Origin: Candidatus Saccharimonadota bacterium
GTDB lineage: Bacteria > Patescibacteriota > Saccharimonadia > CAILAD01 > BJGX01
DNA: 64,000 nucleotides
NCBI GenBank assembly: GCA_016191105.1
Contig: JACPPH010000005.1
Span: 721-64,720, forward strand
Direction of reading: 5' to 3'
The notes under the pieces are model-generated. The model made no database searches, had not been told where the DNA came from, and saw only the letters and a program-made list of their open reading frames with translations. The translations under genes were made by a program, and so were the position numbers. Shown here in pieces: positions 63,608 to 64,000 of this stretch. Positions within the stretch are counted from its first letter, which is position 1. Each line of letters opens with the position of its first letter.

Positions 63608-64000
63608 ATGCAAGATAATTTCCCTAGCCAGTTTGATCGGTTTACTCAAAACGCTAAAAAAAGCTTAGAAAACGCCGGCGCGCTAGCCCTTAGTATGGGC
63701 TCGCACTATGTTGGTACCGAACACTTGCTGTTGGGCATTTTGCGCACCAACACATCTTTGGGAGCGCGCATGCTCTCAGACATGGGTGTAAGCTTAGACA
63801 AAATCAAGCTCGATACGTTCAGTAGCGTGTCTAGTACCACGCCACAGTTAATTGATTTAAGCGAAACCGCCAAAAAGACCCTGGCTCTGGCTCTGCGAGT
63901 GGCTCAGCAGTTTAATCACCCCTATGCTGGCACTGAGCACCTCCTGTACGCGCTGGTTAGCCAAAAAAACTCCCGGGCCAACACAATTTTGCGCGAGATC
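63608..64000 (+). CDS. Clp ATPase (ClpC/ClpB-type) N-terminal repeat domain, 3' partial
   Basis: Two Clp_N repeats (GTEHLLLGIL... and GTEHLLYALV...); the ORF continues past the window end. Confidence 0.7.
   Translation, partial: MQDNFPSQFDRFTQNAKKSLENAGALALSMGSHYVGTEHLLLGILRTNTSLGARMLSDMGVSLDKIKLDTFSSVSSTTPQLIDLSETAKKTLALALRVAQQFNHPYAGTEHLLYALVSQKNSRANTILREI

Overview
The window has ~47% GC overall. Its backbone genes resemble a reduced-genome, Gram-positive-type bacterium, possibly a Saccharibacteria/CPR-like epibiont; that lineage call is inference. Backbone content is a pentose-phosphate/glycolysis cluster (gap, rpiB, rpe-like, split transketolase, two PfkB kinases), trxB, uvrB/uvrA/uvrC, secG, folD, ligA, gatCAB, dnaE, rplS, rnhB, nusA and a clpC-like 5' fragment. 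The accessory segment is roughly 23.3-40.6 kb. It holds two paralogous large serine recombinase genes, each reading antisense across the 3' half of a tRNA gene: tRNA-Leu(CAG) at 26.7 kb and tRNA-Val(CAC) at 36.0 kb. Each recombinase gene is bracketed by a ~120-129 bp near-perfect inverted repeat, with one copy lying inside its own 3' coding region. The first recombinase unit also abuts a ~1.4 kb cassette of two divergent unknown genes bounded by a separate ~65 bp perfect inverted repeat. Between the two recombinases lie a 4.1 kb island of ~62% GC that looks actinobacterial in composition (HTH protein, methyltransferase, SDR, HDAC-like fragment) and a six-tRNA cluster. One tRNA-Leu(GAG) carries tandem copies of its own 5' end upstream. 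Next to the second recombinase is an ArsR/MerA-like module with a 28-aa MerT-like stub. Elsewhere there are further small GC-rich islets of one or two genes with strong hairpin terminators, an IS200-like Y1 transposase flanked by REP-type palindromes, and a second family of nested palindromic repeats (4 copies). A cluster of putative surface-protein genes sits between uvrA and uvrC. No CRISPR array was found.
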